From Octopus vulgaris (Eukaryota): a stretch of 64,000 nt of DNA. The first letter of the stretch is position 1. Each line of letters begins with the position of its first letter. The translations under genes were made by a program, and so were the position numbers. This document shows, piece after piece, positions 26,851 to 40,354 of the stretch. The notes beneath the pieces were generated by a model. It was given only the letters and a program-made list of their open reading frames with translations. It had not been told where the DNA came from and made no database searches. The stretch lies in assembly GCA_951406725.2 (NCBI GenBank), contig OX597818.1, forward strand, positions 117,676,001 to 117,740,000, read 5' to 3'.

Positions 26851-27365
26851 TACTTTTAGTATAATGATGTTGCACGAACGGCAGAATCTCATTGATGGTG
26901 AATTGTAAATTTTTTTTCAAGACAATGGGAAATTCTAGTTGTGTGTTGTTCATACTTGGATTACATGTTGTTTGATTTTGTCGGAAATGTGTTTCTCTGA
27001 TGTCCAAGGAAACTTTATTCGTATTGTGTTGTTTCGAGATTACTGTTCAGGAAATTTAATAAAATTGATAGAATCCAGTGATGAATATATGTAGATGTCA
27101 CCTTAGAACGAAAAGTGAAAGAGGACTGAAGGGTTGTATCAGCTCCCTAATTGTGGTTAACCTTGGAGGTGACAGAAACCGAGAATGACATTTGATTTAC
27201 TAGGCTCTCAAGATTTCAAACAGAAAATATAATCTAATACGGATCTTTATTCACACATCATAAGATAGGCAGTACGTTGTACTACATTTTATTCATGGAC
27301 AAATAATTTATCATTACATTGCATGTGACGATTAGCTTTACAGTAGATAATAACTAGTAAAAGAA

Positions 27366-27870
27366 CGGCGGCGATTTTTGCCTTTCATCCTTTCGGGGTC
27401 GATAAATTAAGTACCAGTTCCGCACTGGGTCGATATAATCGACTTAATCCGTTTGTCTGTCCTTGTTTGTCCTTTCTGTGTTTAGCCCCTTGTGGGTAGT
27501 AAAGAAATAGGTATTTTATCAGTCTTTATGTTATGAGTTCAAATTCCGCCGAGGTCGACTTTGCCTTTCATCCTTTCGGGGTCGATAAATTAAGTACCAG
27601 TTGCATACTGGGGTTGATCTAATCGACTGACCCCTACCCCAAAGATTTCGGGCCTTGTGCCTAGAGTAGAAAAGAATTGTTAGAGTGCCGGGAAAATATT
27701 TAGCGCATTTCTTCCGGTTCTCCTTTCTAAGTTCAAATGCTACAGGGGTCAACTTTGTCTTTCATCCTTTCGAGATCGCTAAAGTAAGTATCACTGAAGC
27801 ACAGGGGGTCGATGTAATCGACTTACTCCCACCCACGAAAATGCTGCCGTTGTGCGAAAATTTGAAACGA
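27366..27870 (+). mobile_element. Family B SINE chain (dimer plus diverged copy)
   Basis: Three successive bodies. Confidence 0.8.
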
Positions 27871-28682
27871 ATAACGAGTAAAGCTAATGAGAGACTACAT
27901 ACGGAGTCTATGGAAGCCTTGAATGAGGAAAACGCTGTAATTGACGCTCATTAAATTCAGCACTGAAGCAAAATTGTACAAATAGGAAAATTGATGATAT
28001 CTGTGTCAGAAAGATAATATAGGTTGCATCCCACGCTTCGAGAAGTTCTTCCTGAATTCTGTCTGTATTTAGATTAACTTATATTTATTTATTTTGTTTT
28101 TATATGAAATTCTTAAATTCATAAAATTTGTGATGTTTTACATATTTTCTTCATACATATGCTACAAGGGTTACTTAAACAAATGTTTTATTCCAGATTT
28201 TCATTTTACAGATATATAAACATTCCAGCTAAATCATCATGCCAAGACCCGAATGTTTGGAAGCTAAACGCGACCCATTTGTGGTAGATGTAACCGAAGA
28301 AAAATTTGAGAGTGGGTTTAAATAAATATATTGTTTACATAGAGATTTAATTAGTTAATATGCACTACGATGATTTCTCGTAAGAAAATATATGTATGGA
28401 AGTTAATAATTATTTATATTAATGTGCGTTTGTAAATCTCATGAATGCTAAAGTTCTGAAAGGGTGAACAATAACATTATAAAAGGGCGAGCAGTGTTGT
28501 TGTAACACTGGTATAGCTTGTTATAGAGACTCTAGGTTTGTTCCTTACGTGCCACAAATTCTTTCTTACTGTCAGCAAAACAGGACTGAAGATAATTGAA
28601 GTCATTAACTTTCTTGAGTTATATGCCAAAGTTGAAGAAACATTGGGAAGTTGTTAACTGCCTCGTTGATAATTATTTGTTG

Positions 28683-28936
28683 CAAAGATTTTCAACCGGG
28701 ACCCATATGGCTCTTAGAGATCCACATAAGATTTTGCAGTTAAAATTTATCGACAATAAATTAGTCATACTTCTACAAAACGCTAAATATATTTTTTAAT
28801 GTTTTGTACAATTCTTAATATTTAATTATGAAAATATAATAGGAATTTTTAATCATTGAATGACAGGATGCTTCCCCTGAGTAAAATAGGAATCAAAAGC
28901 TTCCATAGTTTTTTAAAAGATGGTTGTGAAACACTG
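28683..28936. mobile_element. hAT (Charlie-like) MITE, decayed
   Basis: CAAAGATTTTCAACC ... GGTTGTGAAACACTG followed by ATCTAGAC (NTCTAGAN-type target). Confidence 0.45.
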
Positions 28937-29089
28937 ATCTAGACAGTTGTTTGCCCTGGTAAAAATAGCAGCCAAACTGCATCAAATCACACCAGATTAA
29001 CAGAAAGAGAATACGTAAATTTTACTCTGTAATCCTTGCATTGATAATCGGATTATCTGCTGCCGAAACATTCTTATAATACATGCAGC

Positions 29090-29160
29090 TGCCGCGCATC
29101 AAAGAGTTAATAGCAGTGAGATCAAGATCATCAGCATAGTTGAAGTCAGATAGTCACCGA
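29090..29160 (-). pseudogene. Tiny LINE RT remnant
   Basis: Minus-strand frame LSDFNYADDLDL (YADD motif). Confidence 0.45.
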
Positions 29161-29169
29161 CTTTGTTGA

Positions 29170-29246
<77 letters not shown>

Positions 29247-29249
<3 letters not shown>

Positions 29250-29434
29250 AGAGTTTACGAAAAAAACAAAAGACGAAGACAGGTGGTGTACAAAACAAAG
29301 AGATATATTAGTATAACGCTCAGGAATAGAAAAAGTCGTTTACGTTTCGAGCCTACGCTCTTCTACAGAAAGGTACACAGAAAATACAAGGAGAGAAAAA
29401 TATGTGTGTAGTGGCTAACGATCTATCATGGTGA

Positions 29435-29437
<3 letters not shown>
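29247..29437 (-). mobile_element. (TA)n-embedded PLE-like repeat with minimal HHR-like motif (29337-29372)
   Basis: Flanked by (TA)n on both sides; minus strand CTTT-CTGTAGA-A-GAGC-gtag-GCTC-GAAA-CG-TA-AAcG. Confidence 0.65.
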
Positions 29438-29511
<74 letters not shown>

Positions 29512-30080
29512 GTTTAATATTCGGAATAAAGTATAGAGGCACATTTCCTGATTAGATATTGCAGTTGATAAATTCTATATGTGCTTAGTGGGGCCCTCAA
29601 TATTTTAACGTACATTAATTTAGTTATGCTGTTCTGTGGGAATATAAAAGGACGATTTGGTCAATTGCATGTTAGCAAAACGTGTAGAGAAAATTGTTAC
29701 AAGAACATGAACAATACACACACACACATATATATATATATTTATATGTGTGTATATATATATACATACATACATATATATAATACATACCTATATATTT
29801 TATATATAAAGTCTAGTACAAAAACGAAAAGGAAAAATACGCCGTTATCTCTTAAAAACAAATAATGCATGTCCATTTATGTAATTGCACTTAGATGCGT
29901 GACATACCGAGGGATTTGAAAAAAACCCCTCTTCAGTGCAATAATCACTCATATTCATAAATAAACAAATATAAAAATATTATCCACTTCCGGTCCTAAG
30001 CAATCAACCACTCACAGACATGCAACCACTGTGTTTCTCTAATGCACGAACACAGATACATACATACATACATACATACA

Positions 30081-30183
<103 letters not shown>

Positions 30184-30389
30184 GTATACACAAACGTCGA
30201 TACAAACAGTTGATTGTATACGTACACGAAATTCATTATTGCAAAAGTATTAGCCTGAAATTAGTAGAACAAAAATTTCCTTTCGTGGATATTGTTTCAC
30301 GAAACACAATTATGCTTTCATATCTGTGTCTAACTTCTCCCTTCACCGTTTCTTTCTGTCTGTCTCTCGTTCTCTCTCTCTGGAAATTA

Positions 30390-30449
<60 letters not shown>

Positions 30450-30608
30450 CACATATACATATACATACATACACATATACATATACATGTATATATGCAC
30501 ACCAGCACCCACTTGTATATCCGTTAGTATGCGCGTGCATTTGTAAGTGTGCGAATATGGATACATACATATATACAGAGATAGAGAGAGAGAGAAATAG
30601 ATTTACAA

Positions 30609-30643
<35 letters not shown>

Positions 30644-30754
30644 TAGATAGATAGATTGATAGAGAGACACACATATAAAGAGATACGTAGGTTTATCAAT
30701 TGTAGATTCTGACATCTATACTCAATTAATAATGTATACATACACACACCTACA

Positions 30755-30805
<51 letters not shown>

Positions 30806-30934
30806 TCGCATACAAATTGCGTATATTCCTATTTACGGACACACATTTGTATCTGTCTATTTATCTATCTATCTACCTATCTATCTACTCTTCGTCCGTC
30901 AGCCCGTCCATCCGTCCGTTTGTCTGTCTTTCTG

Positions 30935-31007
<73 letters not shown>

Positions 31008-31852
31008 GCATTCAGTAATTAATTTCTGTTCATCTCATTAGCTGTGTTTCATTTTACATTTTTTATTCTATATGTTTACGAATATCACACATTTTTTTTC
31101 ACGTTGAAGATTTCCTATATTGCGCACAAGTCTCTTGGAATGGCAATTTAATCCAAGACAGCAGTAATGTGTTGAAAGCACAGCAGGAGATATGTCACTC
31201 ATATAACTGCAAGACATCATTTGTTTAAGAAAGAAATGTCATACATTATGATTCTATTAATTCTTCAAAGAATCTCCTGAGACTTTTGTGTTTAACGTAA
31301 AAAGAATGTTTCGTCTACGTCTATATTCACAAAAATGTTGCACGATAACTTTGTCAGCAAGAGTTCTTCAAAGCGGGGTGGAGAATATGTCAACGTCTTC
31401 GCTGATGAGCTGAGGGCTATGTCCAGTCAGTCACCAGCAACACAATGTAGATTTTTCTAAACAACAAACTCCTCTATTTGTGTGATTTTTATATCAGTTT
31501 TTGTTCGGATTTCAAGCGTTAACACACACACAGACACACTAACACACACACTAACACACACATTAACACATACACACACACGCACACACACACTAACACA
31601 CACGCTAAAAACACGCACGCAGACATACGCATACACACACAGACACACAAATACTCTTATGTGTATGCGTGTGCTTATATATATATATATATATATAAAT
31701 AAATATATACATGTGTGTGTATGGATGTATATATGTGAAGGTGTACGTATATATATATATATATATATATATACATACATATGTATATATATGTATATAC
31801 ATATATATATATACACATATATATATATATATATGTGTGCGCGCTCATGTTT

Positions 31853-31885
<33 letters not shown>

Positions 31886-32189
31886 GTGTAATAAATAAAA
31901 TATATGCATACAAACAAACATATATGTACGTACCGACATCTACATGTATATATACATGCATATATAAATATATATACGTACAGGACACCACAAAAAGACG
32001 TAAAACTCAACAGAAACGAAAATGGAAAAGCCATTTTGTTACAACAGAAGGACAGAGACGTGGAACACGACGAGAACGAAAACGGTAAAATCCCCTTCAT
32101 CAGCTGTCGTGTGTGTGTGTGTGTGTTTAGATAGACACACTTATAGAACGTGGGTGAGCAAGAGAGACAGAGAGAGGGAGAGAAAGAGA

Positions 32190-32236
<47 letters not shown>

Positions 32237-32503
32237 AGAATAATGTACCCTGTTAGGTGGTACCATTGTTAGACGAGTGATTTTTTGTCCTTCTTTCTCG
32301 AACTCTGAATCTATTTCTCCCCTCGGTTAAACTTCCCATTCCTCCTTTCGTTGGGAATAGATAACTGATAATATAATCGCTTGTTCTTTGACCTACCACC
32401 TACTCACTATTCACATATCTATAGAACAACATATCTAACGACTGTTCTTCTTACTTTGTATTGTCTCCTCTGAATTCAGCCCTGTATGACCAATAAAGAA
32501 ACA

Positions 32504-32552
<49 letters not shown>

Positions 32553-32725
32553 CGCTAGCAAGCTAGATAGATAGATAGCTAGGTAGCTAGCCATCTGACT
32601 ATTTTTCTATCCATCACTCTCTATATTTGTCTATCTGTCTGTCTGTAACTCCTTTTCTACCTCTCTCTGTCTGTCTATCTGTCGTCTGTCTCTCTCTCTA
32701 TCTTCCTTTCTGTATCTATTTACCA

Positions 32726-32762
<37 letters not shown>

Positions 32763-33016
32763 CTATCTATCTATCTGTTTATCTAATTAATCTGTTAGTG
32801 TGTTTGTCTGTCTTGTCTGTCTGTCAGTCAGTCTGTCCGTTTTTTTTTCCGCGGTGGATACACATTCAGTTTCTTTATTCGGAATTGAGTGAGTGAATAG
32901 AAACCTGTCACTTTAACCTGAGTAATCATGCTACCAAAACATCACCCTATGCATCATCGACAATTTACGACTATTAGTTTATAAAATCTGTGAAGGTGTG
33001 TGAAGGTGTGTCGTGA

Positions 33017-33093
<77 letters not shown>

Positions 33094-33171
33094 TCCACCC
33101 CGCTTTGAAGAACTCTTGCTGACAAAGTTATCGTGCAACATTTTTGTGAATATAGACGTAGACGAAACATT

Positions 33172-33790
33172 CTACACTGTTATTATTGAGACCCTCCTCC
33201 GATGACTGGGATTTGGTCAATAAGTGAGTTCATCTGGGACTCTCGAAGGAAGATATTCACTAGATCTAGTTTTCATTTGAAAACACCTACATCCACTTTG
33301 TGTAGATCCCTTAGGCTCTTTTGGAGGATATTAAAAAGCTGTGGGCCCCTGAAACCCAGGCTGTTGCAGCAACTGGTCCTGAAGCGAGATGGCATTGCTG
33401 GGATCTTTGTCACTGTGCAATGGCGACCTGTTTTGGCATTTGTATAGCTTTCAATGACAAAATTTGGCACAATAACTTGCAGGATCTTCCAGACGTATAT
33501 TACTACATACCTCTCTCGAGGTATTAGCTGTTTTAGCCTTTTGCCAGTAGCTGAGCAGTTGCAATGAGACGGCCTTCAATGTCAAACTTCGCTGGATTGC
33601 TTCATGGTTCGCTGTTAATTTTACACGGTTAGATGACCATAGCCGGGAGCAGTAGTCCGGGTGGCGGAGGACGAATATCCTCCAGATGACCATTATGGTT
33701 TCCTTCTCTCTATTTCTGAAGGTTCTCTTGATCCATCCATCCATCCAATCGTCTGTACTTGTCGCCATTCTCGTGATGTGCACTTGGTAA
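33172..33790 (-). pseudogene. Decayed CR1/L2-like LINE 3' end
   Basis: Minus-strand peptides WRIFVLRHPDYCSRLWS, EAIQRSLT and FRGPQLFNILQKSLRDL...VFK resemble the C-terminus of CR1-group ORF2. Confidence 0.7.
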
Positions 33791-33796
33791 GAGGTA

Positions 33797-33842
<46 letters not shown>

Positions 33843-33905
33843 TACCAGTCATATATAAATCCCAGTCATCGGAGGAGGGTCTCAATAATGACAGTGTAGC
33901 AAAAC

Positions 33906-33972
<67 letters not shown>

Positions 33973-36229
33973 GTGTGCTTATACCTGTCTCCTCTCATAA
34001 GCTCGTCTTCGTAGCGTTCATAATAATTGTTCTATCGGCTTGGCTTAATAGCTCTCACCATTTGTTTTTACTGTCTTGTTCTAACTGTCCTGTTCGTGTT
34101 ACCACTTTCACCCTCCGCAAAAAATTCCAAATCTTATTTAATTTGCTTTGCGGGAAGGATTGTTTCCATCAAATCGCGTATTGTCCTTGCCTTCGATTCG
34201 CGGAGCAGATGAAATAGGGACAACTGATGTAGGCGAATATTCTTTATGTTGCATGTCTCGTTTCTCTGTTTGTTTTCTTTCGTTGTCCGAAGAAAAAGTT
34301 CGTTTCTATCTTTTTGTTTTTTTGTTTTCTTTCTCATTGTTTTCAACGTTTTCTGATGTCCTGTACTCATATATGCTTGTATATATACATATATAAGTAG
34401 GTATGTACATATATGTATGTATATATGCATATATTTGTATATTATTTATATTATTGTATACATATATATGGTGTGTGTTACTGAATATGTGTATGTATGA
34501 ACGGATGCATGAATGCATCTATATATGTCTGTATGTCCTAGACACACATAAAGCATTATGAGACAAGAAGCGTAGCTTTCACTTTTGTTTTTTAGCCAGA
34601 CGTCTGTACTTTTGAAAAATGTATGGCCAAATACTTTTAAACCATAATTAATCTTCCACTCTTATATTTTGCATAATATGATTGCCTCAAGGAAGTGCAT
34701 TTATGTCTACTATCTTAATTACCTGCTGATATCTATAAAGTTAGAAATTCCAAAATAATTCACATTTCGCCTCTAATTCTGAAATGCACAACTAAAAGAT
34801 AAAATAATACAAAACAAATAAAATTCGATGAGGAAATCTGTAAATACTTCATTTAATAATTGCTTACATGGTTATGAACATTAATAATAATTGCAACAAC
34901 GTATCTGAGGCGTATGTAACACATCTGTTGAAGACAAGTTGATAGCAAATAGAATGCTAGCAATATTGTCAGGAAGTAATGATGGATGAAAGAGTGAATG
35001 TCAGTTAAAACCCATAGATACGGTCAGCTTCATAGCTGTCGGTTTGAGTTCGAAACATACCAGCTTCGACTTGGTAAAATTATTCTTTCCATTCGTAGAT
35101 TATAAAATAGATATCAGTTACAAGTGAGGTGAAATAAATTGGTTAAACCAGCATCAGAGATGTTTTGCCACACGTAGAACCTGCAAACGTCCTCGGCATT
35201 TTTGCCATCTCTTCTAAATCCACTCCAATGCTGGAAACCCCTCCATATCGTCAACTGGTATCTCCAGGTCGCCCCTTAGCTTGTACGCTTCATCTAAGTG
35301 GGGCAGTGAGGACAGAGCTAGTCTTCGCCTGAGGAAGGTTTCCAGTTGCAGTATCTCATCAACTATATCCATCTTGAGTTAGTTTCAGGTGGCGTGCCTA
35401 TTCCTTTGATGACTTCCTTCAGTTCTTTGGGTTACAGACCTGTCTTGTGCTGGAAATAGGGCACTGACCTAGATGTAAAGTTGTTGCAGTCAACTTCAGT
35501 GAGGAATGAGGCCGCATGCCAGCCCTGGACAAGGTCGTCATTGATTAAATCCTGATATTTCAACTACATTACCTAGTCCGCCCTCGTATGTCATTGTGAG
35601 TTAGACCACGGTGAACGTGTTTGTATTCCTGGAGAGCAGAACATATCTTGTCAGAGGGATATTAGCGTTATTTCCTCTGAGAAAATAAGTTTGCCACTCA
35701 GGTTGACATGTATCTCAACTAAACGCAAAGTAGAAAACGCAATGGTCTTGTATTATTTTTGTATCATACCAAAACTAATGAACAACATAACAGTCCTGAG
35801 AGATGGTTATGATTTGAATAAAATATTAGTTATTGTAGAGCAAAACCCCCAAAAGTTAATACCCTGGGGTACAGAACATAAAAACAATCATTGCAGTTGG
35901 GTAATTCACAGGTCTGCTGTACAAGTACTGGAGCCACAATTACTAAACAAAACACACAGAAAGTTAAAAATCAAAAATATCATGTTTCTTTTGGTTTTTA
36001 GAACAAATATTTACATTCATATGGCTACCAAAAGGTTTGGCGTTGCAATCATTTCTTCATGCACAAAATCTTGTATTTAGCTATTATTTCATTGATCCCG
36101 GACGAATAAAATGTACTGTAAAAGAATCATTCAACACACGTTACAATATAAAACATAAGGTTTATCCCGACGCACTAGAATTTATCAAGACATGCATTTT
36201 TTTTTTCTGCGTTGATAATATTAAAAGTA

Positions 36230-36795
36230 TTGGGTTGTCCGGAAAGTTCGTGCCGATTTTTAAAGGAAAGAAAAAGGTCAATAAATACTTGCCATTACAT
36301 TTTTAATCAACCAAATATGAACCATTTTGTTGCACAAGGCGTCTCCATATTTCCTTTAACTTGAAAATATCCTCTTCCCAGAATTGAGGTGCTTTCATGG
36401 CAAAGAATTCATCAAGGTATCTTTTTACGTCATCCAAGGAATTGGACTTTTCACCATTAAGACTATTTTGCAGAGACATGGATAAGGGGAAATCCGAAGG
36501 AGCAATATCTGGTGAATATGGAGGGTGGGGTAACACATCCCAGCCGAACTGCAGCAATTTTTGTCTGGTTTCCAAAGCATCAAGTGCCGAAAATGAACTT
36601 TCTTATCTTCCATTCTAAAGGGTTACAGAATTAACACAGGTTATAGGAACATAAATTTTCTTCCACGAAAAAATAGCTTAAACTATGCTTTAAATGGAGG
36701 TGTAGTCAAATCCTATTTTATGTACTCAACCATGTTCTAAAATAAGACGAAAGATAAGCTACTATAAATCGGCATGAACTTTCCAGACAACCCAA
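36230..36795 (-). mobile_element. Internally deleted mariner element (566 bp)
   Basis: About 30-bp TIRs TTGGGTTGTCCGGAAAGTTCGTGCCGATTT / AAATCGGCATGAACTTTCCAGACAACCCAA, TA TSD; N-terminus MEDKKVHFRHLMLW joined to a C-terminus containing HPPYSPDIAPSDF. Confidence 0.93.
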
Positions 36796-37331
36796 TAAAA
36801 AGATAAAGATAATTTTAACATTGGCATGATTAACTATAAAATTAATGTTAATTCATCGTCATTTAAAAGTGATGATCACAGAAACATTCTTAAAGGATTA
36901 AAATATAATATCGGCACACACATTTGCAAAATTAATTTCATTGATAACACCATTGGCGATTAGACTGAAATGAACATATAATAAAGCAACGATGTTGATA
37001 ATAATGTAACTGTAAACACTGCATCAGTAATGATGTTAGGAGAGAAAACATTGAGAGAGTTGACACCGATATCTGTAACAGAAATGTTGACATTACCTTC
37101 TGCAATGGTGAAGTGTCACTAGCATCTGTAATTGTGATGCTGACATTAACATCTGTAAAAGAAACATTAACACTAAGAACTATGACAGATATTTTGGTAT
37201 TAACAACTGGAAGAGAAAAAAATGATACTAACGTTGTGATAGATAGATATATATTGTTATCGATATGCATAAAAGAAATATTGATCCTAATCACTGTGAT
37301 ATATACTGGTCGAGATTGATACTAGTGTATA

Positions 37332-37762
37332 TTCTTTTCTACCCCAGACACAAGGCACGAAATTTTGGGGGACGGGGCCAGTCGATTAGATCGACCCCAG
37401 TACGCAACTGGTACTTATTTTATCGACCCCCGAAAGGATGAAAGGCAAAGTCGACCTCGGCGGGATTTGAACTCAGAATGTAGCGGCAGACGGAATACCG
37501 CTTAGCATTTCGACCGGCGTGCTGACGCTTCTTATTTTATTCTATTATTTCTTTACTGCCCACAAGGGGCTACACACAGAGGGGACAAACAAGGACAAAG
37601 GGATTAAGTCGATTATATCGACTCCAGTCCGTAACTGGTACTTAATTTATCGACCCCGAAAGGATGAAAGGCAAAGTCGACCTCGGAGGAGTTTGAACTC
37701 AGAACGTAAAAACAGACGAAATACCGATAAGCATTTCCCTCGCTTCTGCCAGTTCGCCGCCT
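37332..37762 (-). mobile_element. Two family B SINEs
   Basis: Two bodies, one with tail 2 and one with tail 1. Confidence 0.85.
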
Positions 37763-38278
37763 TCTTTGAGAGATAGATATTATCGCTATTAACGTCTGTG
37801 AAAGAAACTTTGATATTAAGTAGAGTCACAGATGTTTTGATACGAACGTATGTAAAATAAGCTTTGTTACTTGTGTCGGAATGGATATTTGGATACTAAT
37901 ATCTTTGAAAGAAGATTCGCTACTCGAATTGTGACAAATAGTTTCATAATAATAACTGTTAGAGAAAACATTAATATAAACATAATGAAATATATTGAAA
38001 CTATTATCTGTTATTGAAGGATTGCTCCTAAGCAAGGTGACGGATATTTCTTTTACTGACATCTGAAGAAAAAGAAGTACCGACTGTAATATTATGACAT
38101 ATTTTGATATTAACACTCGTAAGGAAAACTTTAATACAAGCATTGTGAAAGAGCTATTGATATTAATATCCGTTAAAAAGATATGGATATTAAGCGTTGT
38201 GATATATGCGGAAAAAAAACGGACAGACTGACAGACAGACAAGACACACAAACACACTAACAGATTAATTAGATAAAC

Positions 38279-38311
<33 letters not shown>

Positions 38312-38312
38312 T

Positions 38313-38350
<38 letters not shown>

Positions 38351-39177
38351 TGAGACAGAGAGAGAGAAACTGGTAAATAGATAGAGAAAGGAAGATAGAT
38401 AGAGAGACAGACGACAGATAGACAGACAGAGAGAGGTAGAAAAGGAGTTACAGACAGACAGATAGACAAAATGTGCAAAGGAAATAATATTGGTTGTAAG
38501 AACTGAAAACTACAAAATCATCAAAAAAATGCATTGAGACATTTGTTCAGAAGTTTTGCGTTCGAAATCAAATCCAACTGCAATAAACGTTGTCTTATGT
38601 CTTTCTGGTGTCGAAAGAAGAAAATTTTATTCTACATTGCATTTGTTAGAAATTTGGGAACATACAATGTTGTATTTATTTTGTTACTTTACGACTTTAG
38701 CATCCAAGTTGGAGCAGTGAACAGGCCAGCGTCTTGGTGATATGATGGCCATTTGTAAAAATTAACCAAAAGTAATGGATAGGAAAGTTCTCCCTTATGA
38801 AAAGTCAATATCAAGGGCTGTGTTCCTATTAAGGAAGAGACCAAATAGATGATAGCGTAGGACGGAAAGAAAAAGAAAGCGAACACTAAGAACGTTGAAT
38901 ATTTATTGACATTAACATCTGTAAAAGAAACATCGACACTTAAAGCTGTGTCAGATATTTTCATGCTCACATCTGTAAAACGTAAGTGAAAACATAGAGG
39001 AAACATCTATAACTACACAAAATATTTGGAATAATTATTGTGGTAAACATCTTGTTTCAAAAAAAAAAAAATTAGTACAGTCTTGCTTTAAAGAAGAAAA
39101 TGAAATATAACAACTCAATAGGATCTGGATTTCAAAAGTAGGCAAAATATCAGAAGCCATTTCCTTGTCGTTGAGTT

Positions 39178-39405
39178 CTAGATTAGGTCTACGAACTAGA
39201 TTAGGTCTAAGATTTAGTATAACCTAGATTAGGTCTGAGACTTAGTATGAACTAGATTAGGTCTAATTCTTAGCATAAACTAGATTAGGTCTAAGTCTTA
39301 GTATAAACTAGATTAGGTCTGAGACTTAGTATGAACTAGATTAGGTCTAAGTCTTAGTATAAACTAGATTAGGTCTAAGTCTTAGGTCTGAGACTTAGTA
39401 TGAAC
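39178..39405. repeat. 28-bp minisatellite, about 8 copies (CTAGATTAGGTCTRAGWCTTAGTATRAA)
   Basis: CTAGATTAGG recurs at 39196, 39224, 39252, 39280, 39308, 39336 and 39364. Confidence 0.92.
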
Positions 39406-40283
39406 ACTATAACAAAGCTGGACTTTATTTCTGACAGATTTATCCAGGATCACGTTGCTTAACGATATACATATTTTCCTTTCTTGGAAGAGCAAATTGT
39501 TCATGCTATTCATACCACTGCTTCACTAAAACATACGCTTATATATTTTACTTGTTTCAGTTATTATATTGCTGCCATGCTGGAGCACAGCCTTAAAGTA
39601 TTTTGGTTGAACGAATCGTTACAAAAACTAATTTATTTGTAAGACATGTGTATATTCTGTCTATCAACTATGCGGAACCACTAATTTCAGGGGACTTAAT
39701 CACACCGACGCGGGTTCTGAAGCGGCATTATTGGCTAATTCATGACATAAGGGAAATAATATGTAATATGGATCATTTCTTGTATAAGCAAAAAACCTGA
39801 CATTTTCGGGGATGGAGTTAGTCGATTATAATGAACCCAGAACTCGATACTTATTTTATCGAACGCAAACGGACGAGAGGAATAGTCGACCACGGCTAAA
39901 TTTGAACACTGGATTCAAAAACAAAGGAAATACAGCTAACCATTTTGTCCAGTGTATTAACGAACCTGCCGGCTTGCCATCTTAATAGTTAGAATATAAT
40001 GATATATATTTATTGATACACGAATATATTTTTCTACTCTAGGCACAAGACCCGACATTTTTGGAAGGGGGGCCAATCGATTAGATCAGCCCCAGTACGC
40101 AACTGGTACCTAATTTATCTACTCCGAGGGGAAGGAAGGCAAAGTCGACCTCGGCGGAATTTGAACTCAGAACGTTTCGCCCGGCGTGCTGAAGATTCTG
40201 CTAACTCGCCAACATATAGGTACAGGAAAATAACTGTACAATAAGCACGCACTTAAATGCATAGATGTGCGTATGTATGTATG

Positions 40284-40354
<71 letters not shown>

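Noticed and set aside
29884-29942. Minus-strand CTGAAGA plus hairpin
   Set aside because: GAAA half-core absent and stem I out of register.
39178-39405. 28-bp periodic repeat as a CRISPR array or telomeric repeat
   Set aside because: Units are contiguous with no unique spacers and no cas genes, in a eukaryotic context; TTAGG is only a sub-motif.
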